This document shows positions 9,307 to 21,935 of a stretch of 64,000 bases of DNA, piece after piece. This DNA is from Dicyema japonicum (lineage: Eukaryota; Animalia; Dicyemida). A model generated the notes under the pieces. That model was not told the DNA's origin and made no database searches. It was given only the letters and a program-made list of their open reading frames with translations. The position numbers and the translations under genes are program-made. The stretch is taken from contig RDEW01000010.1 of NCBI GenBank assembly GCA_011109175.1, positions 851,837 through 915,836 on the forward strand. Direction: 5' to 3'. Each line of letters starts with the position of its first letter. Position 1 is the first letter of the stretch.

Positions 9307-12305
9307 CGTGGTGTTATGTGGCTCACCAGAAACGGTGTCACCCATTCCAAAATGGAACGAAAAGAGCCAACAGCTTCTCCCCACCGTCTGGTCCTTTCAT
9401 CCCCTGTGTCTTCGACCCTGTCTGGTGTCCCCATTTATCCAGACTTTTGATTCTTCTATGTGGGGACGTCGAAACCAATCCTGGTCCATGGAGAGGTTTT
9501 ACAATTATACAACTGAATACGAATGGGATCAGGAAGAAAATCTTTGAACTCCGGGCACTCCTCCGCGAAAATGAGGCTGACCTCGCTTTAATACAGGAGT
9601 CCAAGCTATCTCCCTCCATACCAACACCCTCTTTTCCCGGATACACAGTGATCCGTAAAGATCGTCAGGGAGGACGCGGAGGAGGACTACTTACTATTAT
9701 AAAGAACGATATTCTTTTATGGATACAACCAACGAACCTCGAGCTTCTTGGCTCCGACAAGACTTTGGAGCAGATTACTGTCAAAATCGAGTTATTCCCA
9801 TCCTTTTGGATCCATTTGGCTAATATATATATTCCTCCACAAGGATCGTGTCCGTCATCTTACACCCCTGATTTATCACGCATTTCAACATTGAAAAATC
9901 TACTGTTATGTGGGGATCTTAATGCACGACATCCCGTTTGGCTCACTTCCCAATCCTCTGATAACCGAGGAGAACTCATTGCAAATTATCTTCCTGACCT
10001 GATTATACTGAACAACCCTAACTCACATACGAGGACCATTAAGGATGACTGATAGCTGCACATCCCCCGACTTAACATTATGCTCACCTTCTCTGGCTGG
10101 ACTCATTTCCTGGAACGTCTTTTACGGCTTCCCCAGTGACCACAATCCAATCCTTCTAAAATTGAGAGGTCTTCGACGATACAGGAGACGGTCGGCGGAA
10201 TCAAAAAGATTCAAGGATTATACGAAGGTTGACTGGTCTGGTTTCAGTAACCTTGTGGATAAATTCTTGGCCGGGAGATTATCCTTCCCAATACGCTCTA
10301 TTGACGAGGCCGCAGAAATTATCAGCGCTGCCATTCAGAAAGCTGACCATATTTTTATTCCTATATCGTCATACAAGAAGTTTATTCCTACCCTCAGCTC
10401 TTATACAATAAGTCTTATAAAACAAAGAGACCGGCTGAAGAGATGCCATCTGTTGGACATGAAGTCTTTGACAGCCCTCAGACAACTGAATAAAAGAATC
10501 TGTCAGAGCATAAAAGAACACAAGGACAAGAGATGGCAGCATCTAGTTAACCACCTCGACAGGAAAAGTACATCCCGACACTTCTGGAAAACTCTTAAAC
10601 AAGTCAAGTCGGAGCTGGATGATGCAGACGGAACCGGAAAGTCTTCTCCTGAACACTTATGCCACCTACATCCTAACACCCTTATGAAACATTACGCTGG
10701 AATTAGCTTCAAACCATTCTCGAAACACCTGGACATTAAGGTGCGTGCCCATAAACCGAAGAAGGAACCTTACCACGAACTATTCACAGATGACCAAGTC
10801 TTGGATGTGATCACCAGATTAAAGAGCTCACGGGCGTGCGGGCCTGACAAAGTATCTTCTATTCACCTAAGCCACTACGCAATTGGCTACCTCACGCATA
10901 TATACAACCTGTCCATTAACTATAATATTATTCCCAAGAATTGGAAGAATTCTATCATCAGACCGATATTGAAGGCTGGGAAACCAGAGACAGAACCTGC
11001 ATCCTACAGGCCTATTTCCGTTATTAGCACACTGTCAAAAATTATGGAGAAACTTGTATTATCAGTCATTATTCCGTATCTTCCGCGTCCTATATTTCAA
11101 CATGGTTTCCTCCGCGGTAGGTCCACCGCTACATACTTGGCAACTTTATCGCAGTTCATTGCCGACGGTTTTAACACCCATCCTCCGCCTCACAAACGCA
11201 CAATCTTGGTTTCTATTGACATCAACAAAGCTTTTGACACTGTTTCGAGGAAAATCTGGTTGGAAAAATATTTTCTACTAATATTCGTCCGAATGTGAAA
11301 TTATGGCTGGCCAACTTTTTGTCTGGAAGACGTGGAAGAGTAGTCAGTGGTGATCTCAGATCTAGATCACGATTACTACCGAACGGGGTACCCCAGGGGT
11401 CTCCACTTTCACCAATTCTATTCAACCTTTTCCTACACGACCTACCTAATGATGGAGACGAAGATTCCCTGTTATTATCCTACGCAGACGACGTAGTCAT
11501 TGCAATACGGAACCGCTCGACGCAAGTCGCATCCCTTAAAACTCAGACAAAATTGAACATTCTCCACGATTGGATTGCTGGCAATCGACTAACGATTTCT
11601 GCAACCAAGTCTATCTGTTCCACATTCACGTCGGACCGTCGTTCCAAGGATGAACCGAGTCTTTTCATTGGTCCCACTAGGATTCCAGTGACAAAGTCCC
11701 CATTGTCCTTGGAGTCAAGTACGACAGCCTTCTCAAATTCAACTCCCACGCAACAGACATGATCACCAGGGGCCTCCAGAAAGTTAACGTTATACGCGCC
11801 CTTGTTCGGAGGACCACGAGGAACATGGACTTTTCCGTTTCTACACTCTACACAACAAACAATCGCGCCTGCCATTGAGTATGCCTCCGTTGCATGGAGA
11901 TTCGGGCTATCGGAGTCTTTGGTCCAAAGAATCAACTCGATATACCGGAAAACAATCAGTATGCTTTCCCCACGTAATGGATCAACAGTCGACCCACTAC
12001 TCATGGAAGCTAAGATCCGTAGTCGTGGCTCCGGATTTCTTCGCCTCTGTGAGGAAGATGGAAATCCGCTTCGCCTAATCCTTCCCATGGCAAGAGAAAA
12101 CCGATTGGATAAGAAATTCCCCTCCCCGATCGGATTCCTCTGCAAACCGAGAGAAGGCTCTTCCGGAAAGTAGTGGGGACGATGGAGGATCACAGACGTC
12201 GAATGGCACAAGTGATTGCAAGGACTGGGATCACCTAACTGTCTGACTCTTTTGTCTTTCTTTCTCGGTGTTCCCGGGGTTATTAAAATAAATAAATAAA
12301 ATAAA
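9307..12305 (+). mobile_element. Near full-length Ingi/Vingi-like non-LTR retrotransposon (2A-APE-RT), several frameshifts
   Basis: GDVETNPGP, QLNTNG, QESK, GDLNA, SPD, SDHNP (APE); YRPIS, DINKAFD, GVPQGS, YADD (RT); no RNase H seen; ends GGGATCACCTAA and (TAAA)n. Clade assignment is inferred from architecture. Confidence 0.8.
9310..9369 (+). ncRNA. Candidate HDV-like self-cleaving ribozyme at the element 5' end
   Basis: Manual fold: P1 GGTGTT/GTCACC, P2 TGGCTC/GAGCCA, P3 ACC/GGT, P4 TTCCA/TGGAA, J4/2 CGAAAA; loop L3 is non-canonical. Confidence 0.55.
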
Positions 12306-12329
12306 TCTACGAAAATTACTATAGACACA

Positions 12330-12840
12330 AAAGTAAATGTTGTTAAAAATGCTGTTTGGCTAATGCATTGGAATAACTCCTCCGCAACCGAAGGAAAGCT
12401 GTGTCTTCTTCAGGGCCGAAACTTGTTATTAATAATGGAGAAACTTCATGCGATCATTGTAACGCAGCAAAGAGGACTGCCGAGCACCTAAGTGCAGATG
12501 AATTCTGAATAGTTTATATCTTATGCGTCATAATGAGATAGTCAAATGTGTATTTACACTTATGTAGTCAATATGAGGTAAGAAAAACCAAGAAACTGAA
12601 AACTCACTCTGTCCATTTCTTGTCGCAAAGAAATTTGCGTTGATTCGAGTTGACACTACGTTCAGTACGGATACTGATTTAGAGAACAAGCCAGATGTTC
12701 ATGACAAGAATAGGAATACAATTATATTTATCGAGGTCGGGATCATTTCGCAAAATTACCTAAAGCAGGTTGAAGTGGACATGTTCCAAAAGTATGACCA
12801 GCTGGCCAATGAAAATCTAGCATATAAACAGAATCTAGTC
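12330..12840 (+). mobile_element. R4/Dong-clade C-terminal fragment (RLE domain)
   Basis: IRVDTT...NKPDV..DK...IIFIEVGI...KYDQLANE. Confidence 0.8.
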
Positions 12841-13699
12841 TATCATCAACCAAGTTTGCGGTGGCTACCTAAATTTTTCAATACAGCTGTCCTCTACAAT
12901 TAATTTCCACGTGCTCGAAGTAATATTTATTGTAAACCACAAAGGTAAGAGGAAAGATCCTGTAGATTCTGTTAGGAAAGATCCTGTAGATGTTGGAAAA
13001 AAAACTCTTTAGTTGTTGTTCCATTGAAATACATTCTCTGTTGCGAGACCATTCCCCCACATACTCGGAGTCCACTACCATTCCTTTATTATTTTATCTG
13101 AATTGTGTCCGATTGTCAAAAACTACTGTTTGTATAATTTCGATTTGGGAGTGCCAACCTGCCTCTACCGCCGCTCTGAAACATCTCTCACTTTATGCCA
13201 AGAATCTCTTAATTTATTATTAGAAATAAACAAGTTACACACCGTCCGCCAAGAGACAAAGGACATTTCCGCAAACAATTGTAATCATGAGGTGTTCACG
13301 GATCCCCTAAATTGGGTCAAAATTTTGCTGAAATTATCGATCTGCTCTCTATCTTCTATATCAAAAAGTCAAGAAGAAATCCGATCTGCATCTCGATTGG
13401 GCACGAATCCAGGCCGTTTCCTGCCTTACCAGTCTCATTAACGATGACCTCGTGTCACCTGGAGATCTACACGAGGGCATGTGGGTATTAATTGAATTCT
13501 TCTTTGTCATTATCGACCTAACTTTTAGTGCTAGGTCGAAGCTGGACGAAATCTGTTATCCGCTATCCATCGTCTTGTTTCAAGGATTGTCAATAAGGAT
13601 ATTCCCATATATGCTAGAGATATTCGTTTGGCGCGAGCCTAACCCATTCGACATCCCAATGTTATCCATTCGAATCTGTCGATAATTACTTCCGACGTC

Positions 13700-15010
13700 T
13701 ATGTTAAAAACTGCAGCAACATGTGTATCTATTCAGCTGGCTTCAAGTTGTCACCTATGCAGATTGGAGTGGGGGTCGGAAATGGATGCGACACTATCAT
13801 CCATACAACAAGCTCTTTCTTCGATTCAGAAGACTCTAAGGGAAATTTACTTGCTATTAAATTAGATATCTTTAATACCTTAAATAGTTTCAGACGGGAT
13901 TACCTCTTTCAAGCTTCTGAGATCTGGAAACTGGTCATGGCATATGGTACACAGCATTCTTGTCTTTGGAGACAATATTGTACGTTCTCACACCAGTGTC
14001 TGGTATGGGGCCCCGCTTAGACCACTCCTTTTTGCTCTGACCGTCGATGATGTTGCACGCATTTTTTGTTTCCTATTCAATGGTTTTTGATTGACGTTAC
14101 GATAGGAGGATTCCAAGACTTCGTTTTGAAAGAAATTCCATGTCATTAAGCCGTCTTTAAGAGATCTTGTTTGAGGTGTTAATACTGTTGATTATCAATA
14201 CCTCTAGCTATTAGCGACAAGGATCTGAGGAGTTCTCTTTCCATGGAGGAATCTTTATTATGTGTTCTATCCGAGAAATTGAAGATCCTTGATTCATACG
14301 TGCCGTTATTTCTTCTGAAAAATTACCCTTTCATACCAAAGTCAGAGATGCTCGCCAGCGTTAAGGATCTTGAACATCCTAAACATCATCGATTCAATCC
14401 CTTAGTAGAGGATTTCTCAATGTCCGATTGGAAACAGTGCAAAATCTACCTCTCAGGATGCCATTAGCCTCATATCTATGGCCGACATTGAGCTTTTTGC
14501 TTTTCTTTTTTATTGTGCTTCATGTGTTTGTCTTTCGTTGATTTTCCATCGAAAAGGCTTTCTCATAAGCCCAAACAGCATGGAAAGGGTGGAATATCAC
14601 TCCCTAACAAACGAATTTTCCCATAAGTCTTGGGACGAGATAGCAATCATTTCAGATTCTTTGGAGTTTTAGGAAAACGGCAACCAACACCGTTCTGATT
14701 TGTTTTGTTCATCATGCATTGAGGATAGTGAATGTTGGGGATGTTTACCCAATTCAACCCAAATAGACATAGTTATTGAGCATAAGACAGACTTGGTCGT
14801 CGGGGGTCTTTGAGGGTCTTGGTTGAGGTGTTAATAATTCAAATACTGAGATTATCAATACCTTTAGCTTTTAGCGACGAGGATCTGAGTAGTTCTCTTT
14901 CCATTAAGGAATCTTTATTATGTTCACTATCCGAGAGGTTGAGGATCCTTAATTCACACATGGCGTTATTTTGGTCTGAAAAAATTACATATTCATACCA
15001 AAGTTATTTT
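13700..15010 (+). mobile_element. Decayed CRE-clade RT fragments, with a ~190-bp segment present twice (about 14170-14345 and 14820-15005)
   Basis: QIGVGV..GCDTIIH, KLDIFNTLNS, GPA/PLLFALT remnants; direct similarity of the two segments. Confidence 0.65.
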
Positions 15011-15014
15011 AAAT

Positions 15015-17885
15015 ATTAATGCAGCAATCAAAGAATATATTGATTCCTTGCCAAGTTCGGATATCAACGATATCACTGATATCATATATGCTGGGTAGTG
15101 CACTTATGACGTTTTTACCAAAAAGAAAAACACAAAAAGTAGTTGGGAAGAATCAATGAAAAGCAAACTCATTAAACTAAAGCAACAACTTGTAGAAATT
15201 CAAATTGCTAGTGAAATGAACGGGAAGAATCAATTTGACGAAGAAATACGCGATACATTATGCTCATATGGCTTTAAAAATCGAAGAGGGGAGAATTCGA
15301 AAGGGTTTCTTCCTATGTTCGCAATCAAATAAAAATTGTTGAGATGATGTTGTGAGTTTACGAAACGGAAAAGAAGTTTAGAAGTGCCAACTGATGCTTC
15401 GAATAAAATAGAAAGCAATTGTATAGAAATATATGGAGATAATAAAAAGGCGGTCATCATTTTCAATGAGGATGAATGTCTTCCATTTTGGACTAGTATT
15501 TGGAATAAGGAAGAGAGAAAGAAGAGCAATTTCTTTACTAGCAAAAGAGTGACTGGATCAGAGAACTCTTTTGGTGATTTCACGAGGAGGAAATCACCGA
15601 GAGACTATCAAGATGCTTCCAAATTGGAAGGCATCTGGTTGTGATGGAGTCTATAACTATTTTTTTAAAGAACTTAATTTTGGTTCATGGATATCTGTGA
15701 GGAGATTAAAAAGATTATAAATGATACGCCTTGTGATTGTTTCTATACTGGGATTACGTATTTTATTCCAAAAGTGGATGTATGTGTGTCACCTAAGGAG
15801 TTCACGCCAATTACTTGTAGGCCTAATCTGTATAAACTATTGACAAAATGTGTGAACAAAAAAATTTCAGATTATATTGAGTCATACTACTTGATCAGCG
15901 ACAATCAAATGGAAACGCGAAGAATGTGCCAAAACGCGAAAGAACAGGCCATCGTCAACAGGTGCGTAAATCAACAAAATGGAAGCAGTTTGAATTCCGA
16001 TTAGGTTATGAATCGGTCGACCACCAGTTTCTGAACCAGTATTACAAAATTCTGGTCTTCTATGCTGGATTGTCAGGTTTATTCAGAAACTTGTCACAAA
16101 ATAGAAGATTCGTCTGAATTTGGAGAAAAAACATTGGGAGAAATTAAAATAAAGCGAGGAATTCTACAGGGAGACTCTTTCATCGCAGATCTTTGCTTTG
16201 TTAGTGGACCCTCTCAGTCGAATGCTAAACGGAAAATTTCCGAAAATAACGACGGAAAGTCCGGGAAATGGGGAACCAACGTATACGACTAACCACCTAC
16301 TATTTATGTACGATATAAAGTTGTTCTCTCGCCACAGTCACTCAATGGAAATGATGTTGGAGGAAGTTGAATCGTTTTTTGATGCAACTGGGTTGGAGAG
16401 AACTTTGACAAATCTGCAAAAAACGTAAAGTTCTCCGAGAAAGCTCGTTTCCTTGATGGATTGGATGGATACTGATATCTTGGAGTTCTTGAAGATAAGA
16501 ACAGTCATGTTCTTAAAGGAGAAATTATAGATAAAATCTATGAAGAAGCATCTAAGCGGATCAAAAATTTGACGAAGACGGATTTAAACTCAGTGAACCT
16601 GTTTAAGGGGATGAACGAGTATGCACTCTCACTCTTTAACTATTACATTGGATTGATTGATGTCGAGCCTCCAGAATTTGAACAGATCGATAAAAACTAT
16701 TCGCAGAATTCTTATTGATAGCCACATCCATTTACAACCGGTAAACAAAGAAAGACTTTATCTACTAAGAAATAAATTTGGAAGATGCCTCGAGTCTGTC
16801 AATAACAAAAAAGAACGAATGCTCCTCCGATTTTATGGTGACTCGAAACATAAGGAAAATTAATGCCTAAGAAGAGCGGGAATTCTAATTCAAAGAAAAC
16901 ACACATGGCCACTATCGTAGAATTCATTTCCCGAAAGTACAACGTTGAAAATGTGAAGGACTTGACAATGTTGAAATTGATGGAAATACAATATGAATAT
17001 CTATTGGGAAAATTGAGAAGAAACCTCTGCACCTATTTTATTTCAGTGTTGAAAGACACAGAAGTGAATCTGCTGAATCCTCTGGATGGCTAGTGCATGG
17101 AAATCACTCCTTATAACCGAGGAAGGCTGTGTCTACTTCAGGATCGTAACATGCTTTTGATAACGGAGAAATCAAGTGAGGACATTGTAACTCAGCAAAA
17201 AGACCGTCGATCATCTTGCAATTAGGTGTAGCTCATATCTCAGCGGCATAATTAAGTGGTCAGATGTTTACACCTAAATCTTTGCCGTCAATATGGAATA
17301 AGAAAAACTAAGAAACTGAAGACCCATTCAGTACAATCTGTTGTCGCAAATGAATTTGTGGTGATTCGTGTAGATACTACGATCAGTACGGATACGGCTG
17401 TAAAGAATAACAAACCCGACATTTTCGTTTATAATAAGCCAAAAAATACGATTACTCTTTTTGAAATTTGGGATCACTTCCCAAAACTGCCTCAAGCAAA
17501 TCGAGGTAGAAAAGTTCCACAAGTATGACATACTGGCGAACTAACTCGAGATTATTCATCGCGCAAAGGTGAAAATAATCCCTGTGGTCATCACCTGGGA
17601 CGGAATTGTCTCCAGATTCTTCAAAGGTCACCTGGATGCCCTCAAGGTGAAGGAGAGGGTCAAAGCTTATATACAAAAGCTAGTGTTACGGAAGACTTTG
17701 GAGAGTATGCAAGCTGAGGAGAGGCATGGAGTATCGATTCCTGTTGATGAGGAAAACGGATGGAATGGCAATGGCAACCTAAGGTAGTCTTCGAATGTGG
17801 GATATGCATCGACGTGAACACGCCTATAAAGGTAATATGGGTTGGCCCCAAGAAGATAAGATTGAGTTAGACGGGCGTTATAAAA
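15015..17885 (+). mobile_element. R4/Dong-clade non-LTR retrotransposon, near full length, decayed
   Basis: PITC.PNLYKLLT, RGILQGDS, HLLFMYDIKL, ERLYL, IRVDT..NNKPDIFV, IIPVVITWDG motifs spread across broken frames. Confidence 0.9.
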
Positions 17886-18344
17886 TAATTAATTTTACTT
17901 ATTGTTTGATAAATAAAAAAATAATGCAAGTTTCTTGGAATCTAATTTTAGGAATATTTTTTTGATATTTTTACATTTGTGAGCGCATTTTTTTCATATT
18001 TAACCTATTTTTTAATTTGTGAATAAAAAAAAAGCAACTTATATTTGTCTATATTATATACCTTCCTCCGCTTTAAATTTATTCTGAACTTGAGGAAACG
18101 AGTCCTTCTTGTATGGCACAGTAGTTGAAAGGAAAACTTCTTACTAAAAAACACCACTGGTAAAGATTACCATAATGAAAACTCTCCTGTATATCAATGA
18201 AGTAATATCCGCGACTGTTAGATATTGATAAATATTGAAGAGGGTAAATCTACTTCTCTTCCTCTCTTAAGAAGCGGAAGCTTGTCACATAATTTATTTC
18301 CTATGATTATTTAGTTGACTGTTCCTTTTTAAGTAGTTCAACTC

Positions 18345-19555
18345 CATACAGGTCAGGGAGATCTACAGCTGATGTGGTCTGGGGACATCGATGGCTTTGT
18401 GCAACACATCAAAAGTACAAGGGGGCTACTGCATCCTTAGCATGGACATGTCCAAAGTCTTTGACTTTATACACAGAGGGAGACTTTTGAATACCTTGGA
18501 GAAGTTGGTTGACGAGGACAGTGTCAGAATGATCCGTCTATTACTTGGAACAACGCAGCTAAGTGTACGTTTTGGAAATTTGGAGTCTGTCCCATTCGAG
18601 ACAACGTTCTGGGTACCGCAGGGAGATTCCTAGTCACCGGTACTTTTGTGGCATATCTGGAGGCGGCACTCAGAGACTTCAGACTATTAATTGTCGATTT
18701 ACCTCAAACTGAAGTGATTTATGCAGATGATATCGACTATATATACAATGACGAAAAAACATTAAACTATACACGGACAAGGATGCCTGATGTGCTTGAA
18801 AAATGGTTCATCAAAATCAATACGGAAAAGACGGAGACAACTACCACACGCCGTGAATTAACCCGAACTGATAAAAATTGAGATACTGTAAAAAATTGGG
18901 GTAGTTGCTCTGAGACGCTGAGGATATCACTAACAGGAAAATGTTGAGAAAAATTGGAGTTGTCTGGAATCATCGTAAACGAATTAGCACACAATTACGT
19001 GTAAGACTATACAATGCTTTTGTGAAACTGGTCCTAATGTACAACGCTGCAACCTGGGGTCTCACAAGCGGTAATGGACAAACTAGATGCCTTCCATCGT
19101 AAACAACTCCGACTGTTGCTTGGCATCAACTGGCCAAAAAAATTACAAACAAGAATCTATACAAAGTATGTAATACAAGACCATTGAGTCTGGATATCTT
19201 TGAATCAAGATGGCGTCTATTTGGTCACATCTTCGGATGAGCCAGATGACGCCTGCTAAAATAGCAATGGATAACTATTTCTGCCTAGAAGTAAATATCA
19301 CGTTCTGTGGAAGACCTCGCATAACTTTGCCAGAGGTTCTACACAAGGACCTGACCAATGTAGACGAAAGCTGAAAACAGGAGATGTTCTGGATACGCTC
19401 AGAATAATTGCCAGTAACCGTAGAACATGGAGGAAGTTAGTAAAGAGAATTGTAAAAGATAGAATAACCTGAAGAAAAATACGGCACAAGCGGAACCTTA
19501 ATTGAATAAATTACATTTTGGTTCTTCGAAAGTGCTATTAATAATAATATAATAT
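18345..19555 (+). mobile_element. RTE RT and 3' end, decayed
   Basis: DMSKVFD, PQGDS, YADD, RWRLFGH; tail CGAAAGTGCTATT(AAT)n. Confidence 0.9.
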
Positions 19556-20099
19556 GGAATTAATAGGTGTGAATTTTTATACGAGAGTTGAGGAATCAAT
19601 TTTTTTATTTTTGAGCACTGGATAGAATGTTTTGGCAGGTTTATCTATTAGTTAAGGAAAAGTCAATTTTACTGCCCGTGAATCACCTCCCTTCTGTCCG
19701 TCATATGTGGACTAATATGGATCCCATCGAATATAAAAGGTTCGATTGTGTTCATTGAAAAATTCTAATTGACTTTCTATCTAAGAGGTCCACCAGGTCT
19801 GATAGGGACAATATACTTAATTCCGCAAATTTGCGCACGTCATTTCACTTCAGCAATATTCTTTAGTCAGATAACTCAAGTAACTCTAATTATGAGAACG
19901 TTTCTAAGAGGACCCCAAAATACTGTCTTCTAGGATTTGGAGGTGATAATCCAGACTTGTAGAAGCTGTAGTACATCCGTACACTAGAATTGTGGACTTT
20001 CAGAAGAAAAGTATTCACAAGCTTTGTCATCTTTCGTGAAGTTATAGCCTGGAAGCATTTCCACGCCTGACGAAGACTTTATATTTTTCAGATCCACAA

Positions 20100-20625
20100 T
20101 CATTATGAGTGAAATGGGGAAAGCAATACGCTAAAAACGACTGTTACTAGAAGAGACTTTGGACCGCTTCTATCTACTTGATGTGCATACATCATTATTC
20201 CTCCTAAAGAACAACATCAACATACAGAGGCTTGCATATGTCCTGAGGACTGCTCCCTATTTCACCCAATGCGATCAACTAGCACACATTGACGGTATCT
20301 TCTGTTCGACATCGAAGCGTATCTTCAACGTCCGATTTGAGGAATTCTCACGGAGCAGGTCACAATGCTGGTCAGACTCGGAGAGCTTGAAATTCGCAGC
20401 ACTGTAGACATTTCTCTAGCTGCAGATCTCTCGTCTCTAATTGTTGACACCCTTGTCAAGAGGATTCCACATTCACTCCATGAATTTTCTACTGACCAGT
20501 CGTCGGTCATGCTCGTAAAGCCTGTAACGCGGTACCTACCAGTTTTCCCAACGTTCTTTGATCTCTCAACGGTGTCTAGACAATTCCGTATGTCGAAAGT
20601 CATTGGAATATAAACTAGTGTCATC
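20100..20625 (+). mobile_element. CRE-clade fragment (post-RT region)
   Basis: SLFLLKNNINIQRLAYVLRTAP resembles the CRE post-RT segment; duplicated inverted at about 57060-57590. Confidence 0.55.
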
Positions 20626-20829
20626 TAACAAACACCGCCATGCTTGTTTATTGTCGGGTTATTTGAATTTTTCATTTACATATTTGAGCAATTGAGGTAG
20701 TGACGTCCTTCTCACTTTATGTCTCATTTACGCTCGGAGTGTTCTAAGAGCTAACTATTCTTACTTTCAACACCAGATGTTTCAACGACATGCCGAAGAG
20801 GCATTGTCAGGACTAGGTTAAGTAGGTAT

Positions 20830-21400
20830 GATCGATATGCTTCTTCAAAAGACTAAAGTCAAAGAAGGGCTCGATTAGTGTCACTGAGACTACAAATTAA
20901 TTTACTTTCTGCTGACTGTAGACACTGTGGACATAGTGGCTGTGTCTCGAAATATCCAGAAGAGCTCGATGTTTTCTACGAGGGTCTCTCAGGACCGTAA
21001 CATATTTGAGTCCTTCACACCTCTTTTTATTGGTGATTGGAATGCCAAAGTCAGAACCTCAAGGTGTTGGGAATATTTCATTGGATCACATGAAAGAAGC
21101 GAATTTCCCTAGATATTCTTGGCGAACTTCTGATGACCTATTTCTTTGTAACACTGGTTTTCAGCATTCTGATGCCATAAAACAACTTGGCTGCCGTCAT
21201 GCAGCAAATGGAACCCTGATAAAAATTTATAATCAAATCGAGTACATAATCTGTTGCGCGATAGTGTTGCGCAGATCCAATTTTAAAAAATCGTTATGTT
21301 CAGCATCAGATGGTAGCCTAATGAATTCCTATCATCGTATGGATTGCTTCAAATTCACCTTTGATCTCCCACACCCAGCTCTAAAAAGCAAAAGTTGCCA
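20830..21400 (+). mobile_element. RTE APE-domain fragment
   Basis: GDWNAKV, LFLCNTGFQHS, NQIEYIIC motifs. Confidence 0.7.
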
Positions 21401-21419
21401 AAATATTTATTGATCGATA

Positions 21420-21850
21420 AACAATTTTCCTGAAAGCCGTCGGAAAACGGTACCGACTGCAACGTGACGCATTCTACAATCTTTCTTTCCAAACGCAGTA
21501 GTTTGCAGAAAATAGGAATTTCAGACCAAAATAGAAAATATTTCCGGAAAGCCCGCGTTCACAAGATTTAGAATTCTCCAGGATAAAAGTGTAGCAAACT
21601 AACCCACAGATTGAGATAAAAAGTCCATTATATGTCCTGGCTTGAACCCATTCACTGCCCAACTACTATCCCTTCGGAATGACAGCAAGGCATCATGAAG
21701 ATCGACAGAAGAAACTTTCTCTCGAAATAAATCTTCCTAGTGAGCAGTTTCCTCGGTATTGAGTCAAAAACCATCTGTATGTCAATGGAACACATAATGG
21801 TCTTTTGATGCCGAGGTTTTCGTAAAAGTCCTTCGTTGAATAAAAGTCAA
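21420..21850 (-). mobile_element. Small adjoining CRE RT and Vingi-like RT scraps
   Basis: VAVGTVFRRL (CRE) near 21440; IMCSIDIQMVFDSIPRKLL (Vingi-like) near 21770. Confidence 0.55.
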
Positions 21851-21935
21851 ATGGCAAAAATCTTTGCTAAAAGCACGAAAATTAATCCATTTTATTTAAA
21901 AAAATAAAATAAAACTTTATTAAAATTTAAATTTA

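Noticed and set aside
9294-12305. Retron, group II intron or DGR reverse transcriptase
   Set aside because: Every RT here has non-LTR architecture (APE or RLE domain, microsatellite tail, TSD)
12951-12991. GGAAAGATCCTGTAGAT direct repeat
   Set aside because: Only two copies; most likely local slippage
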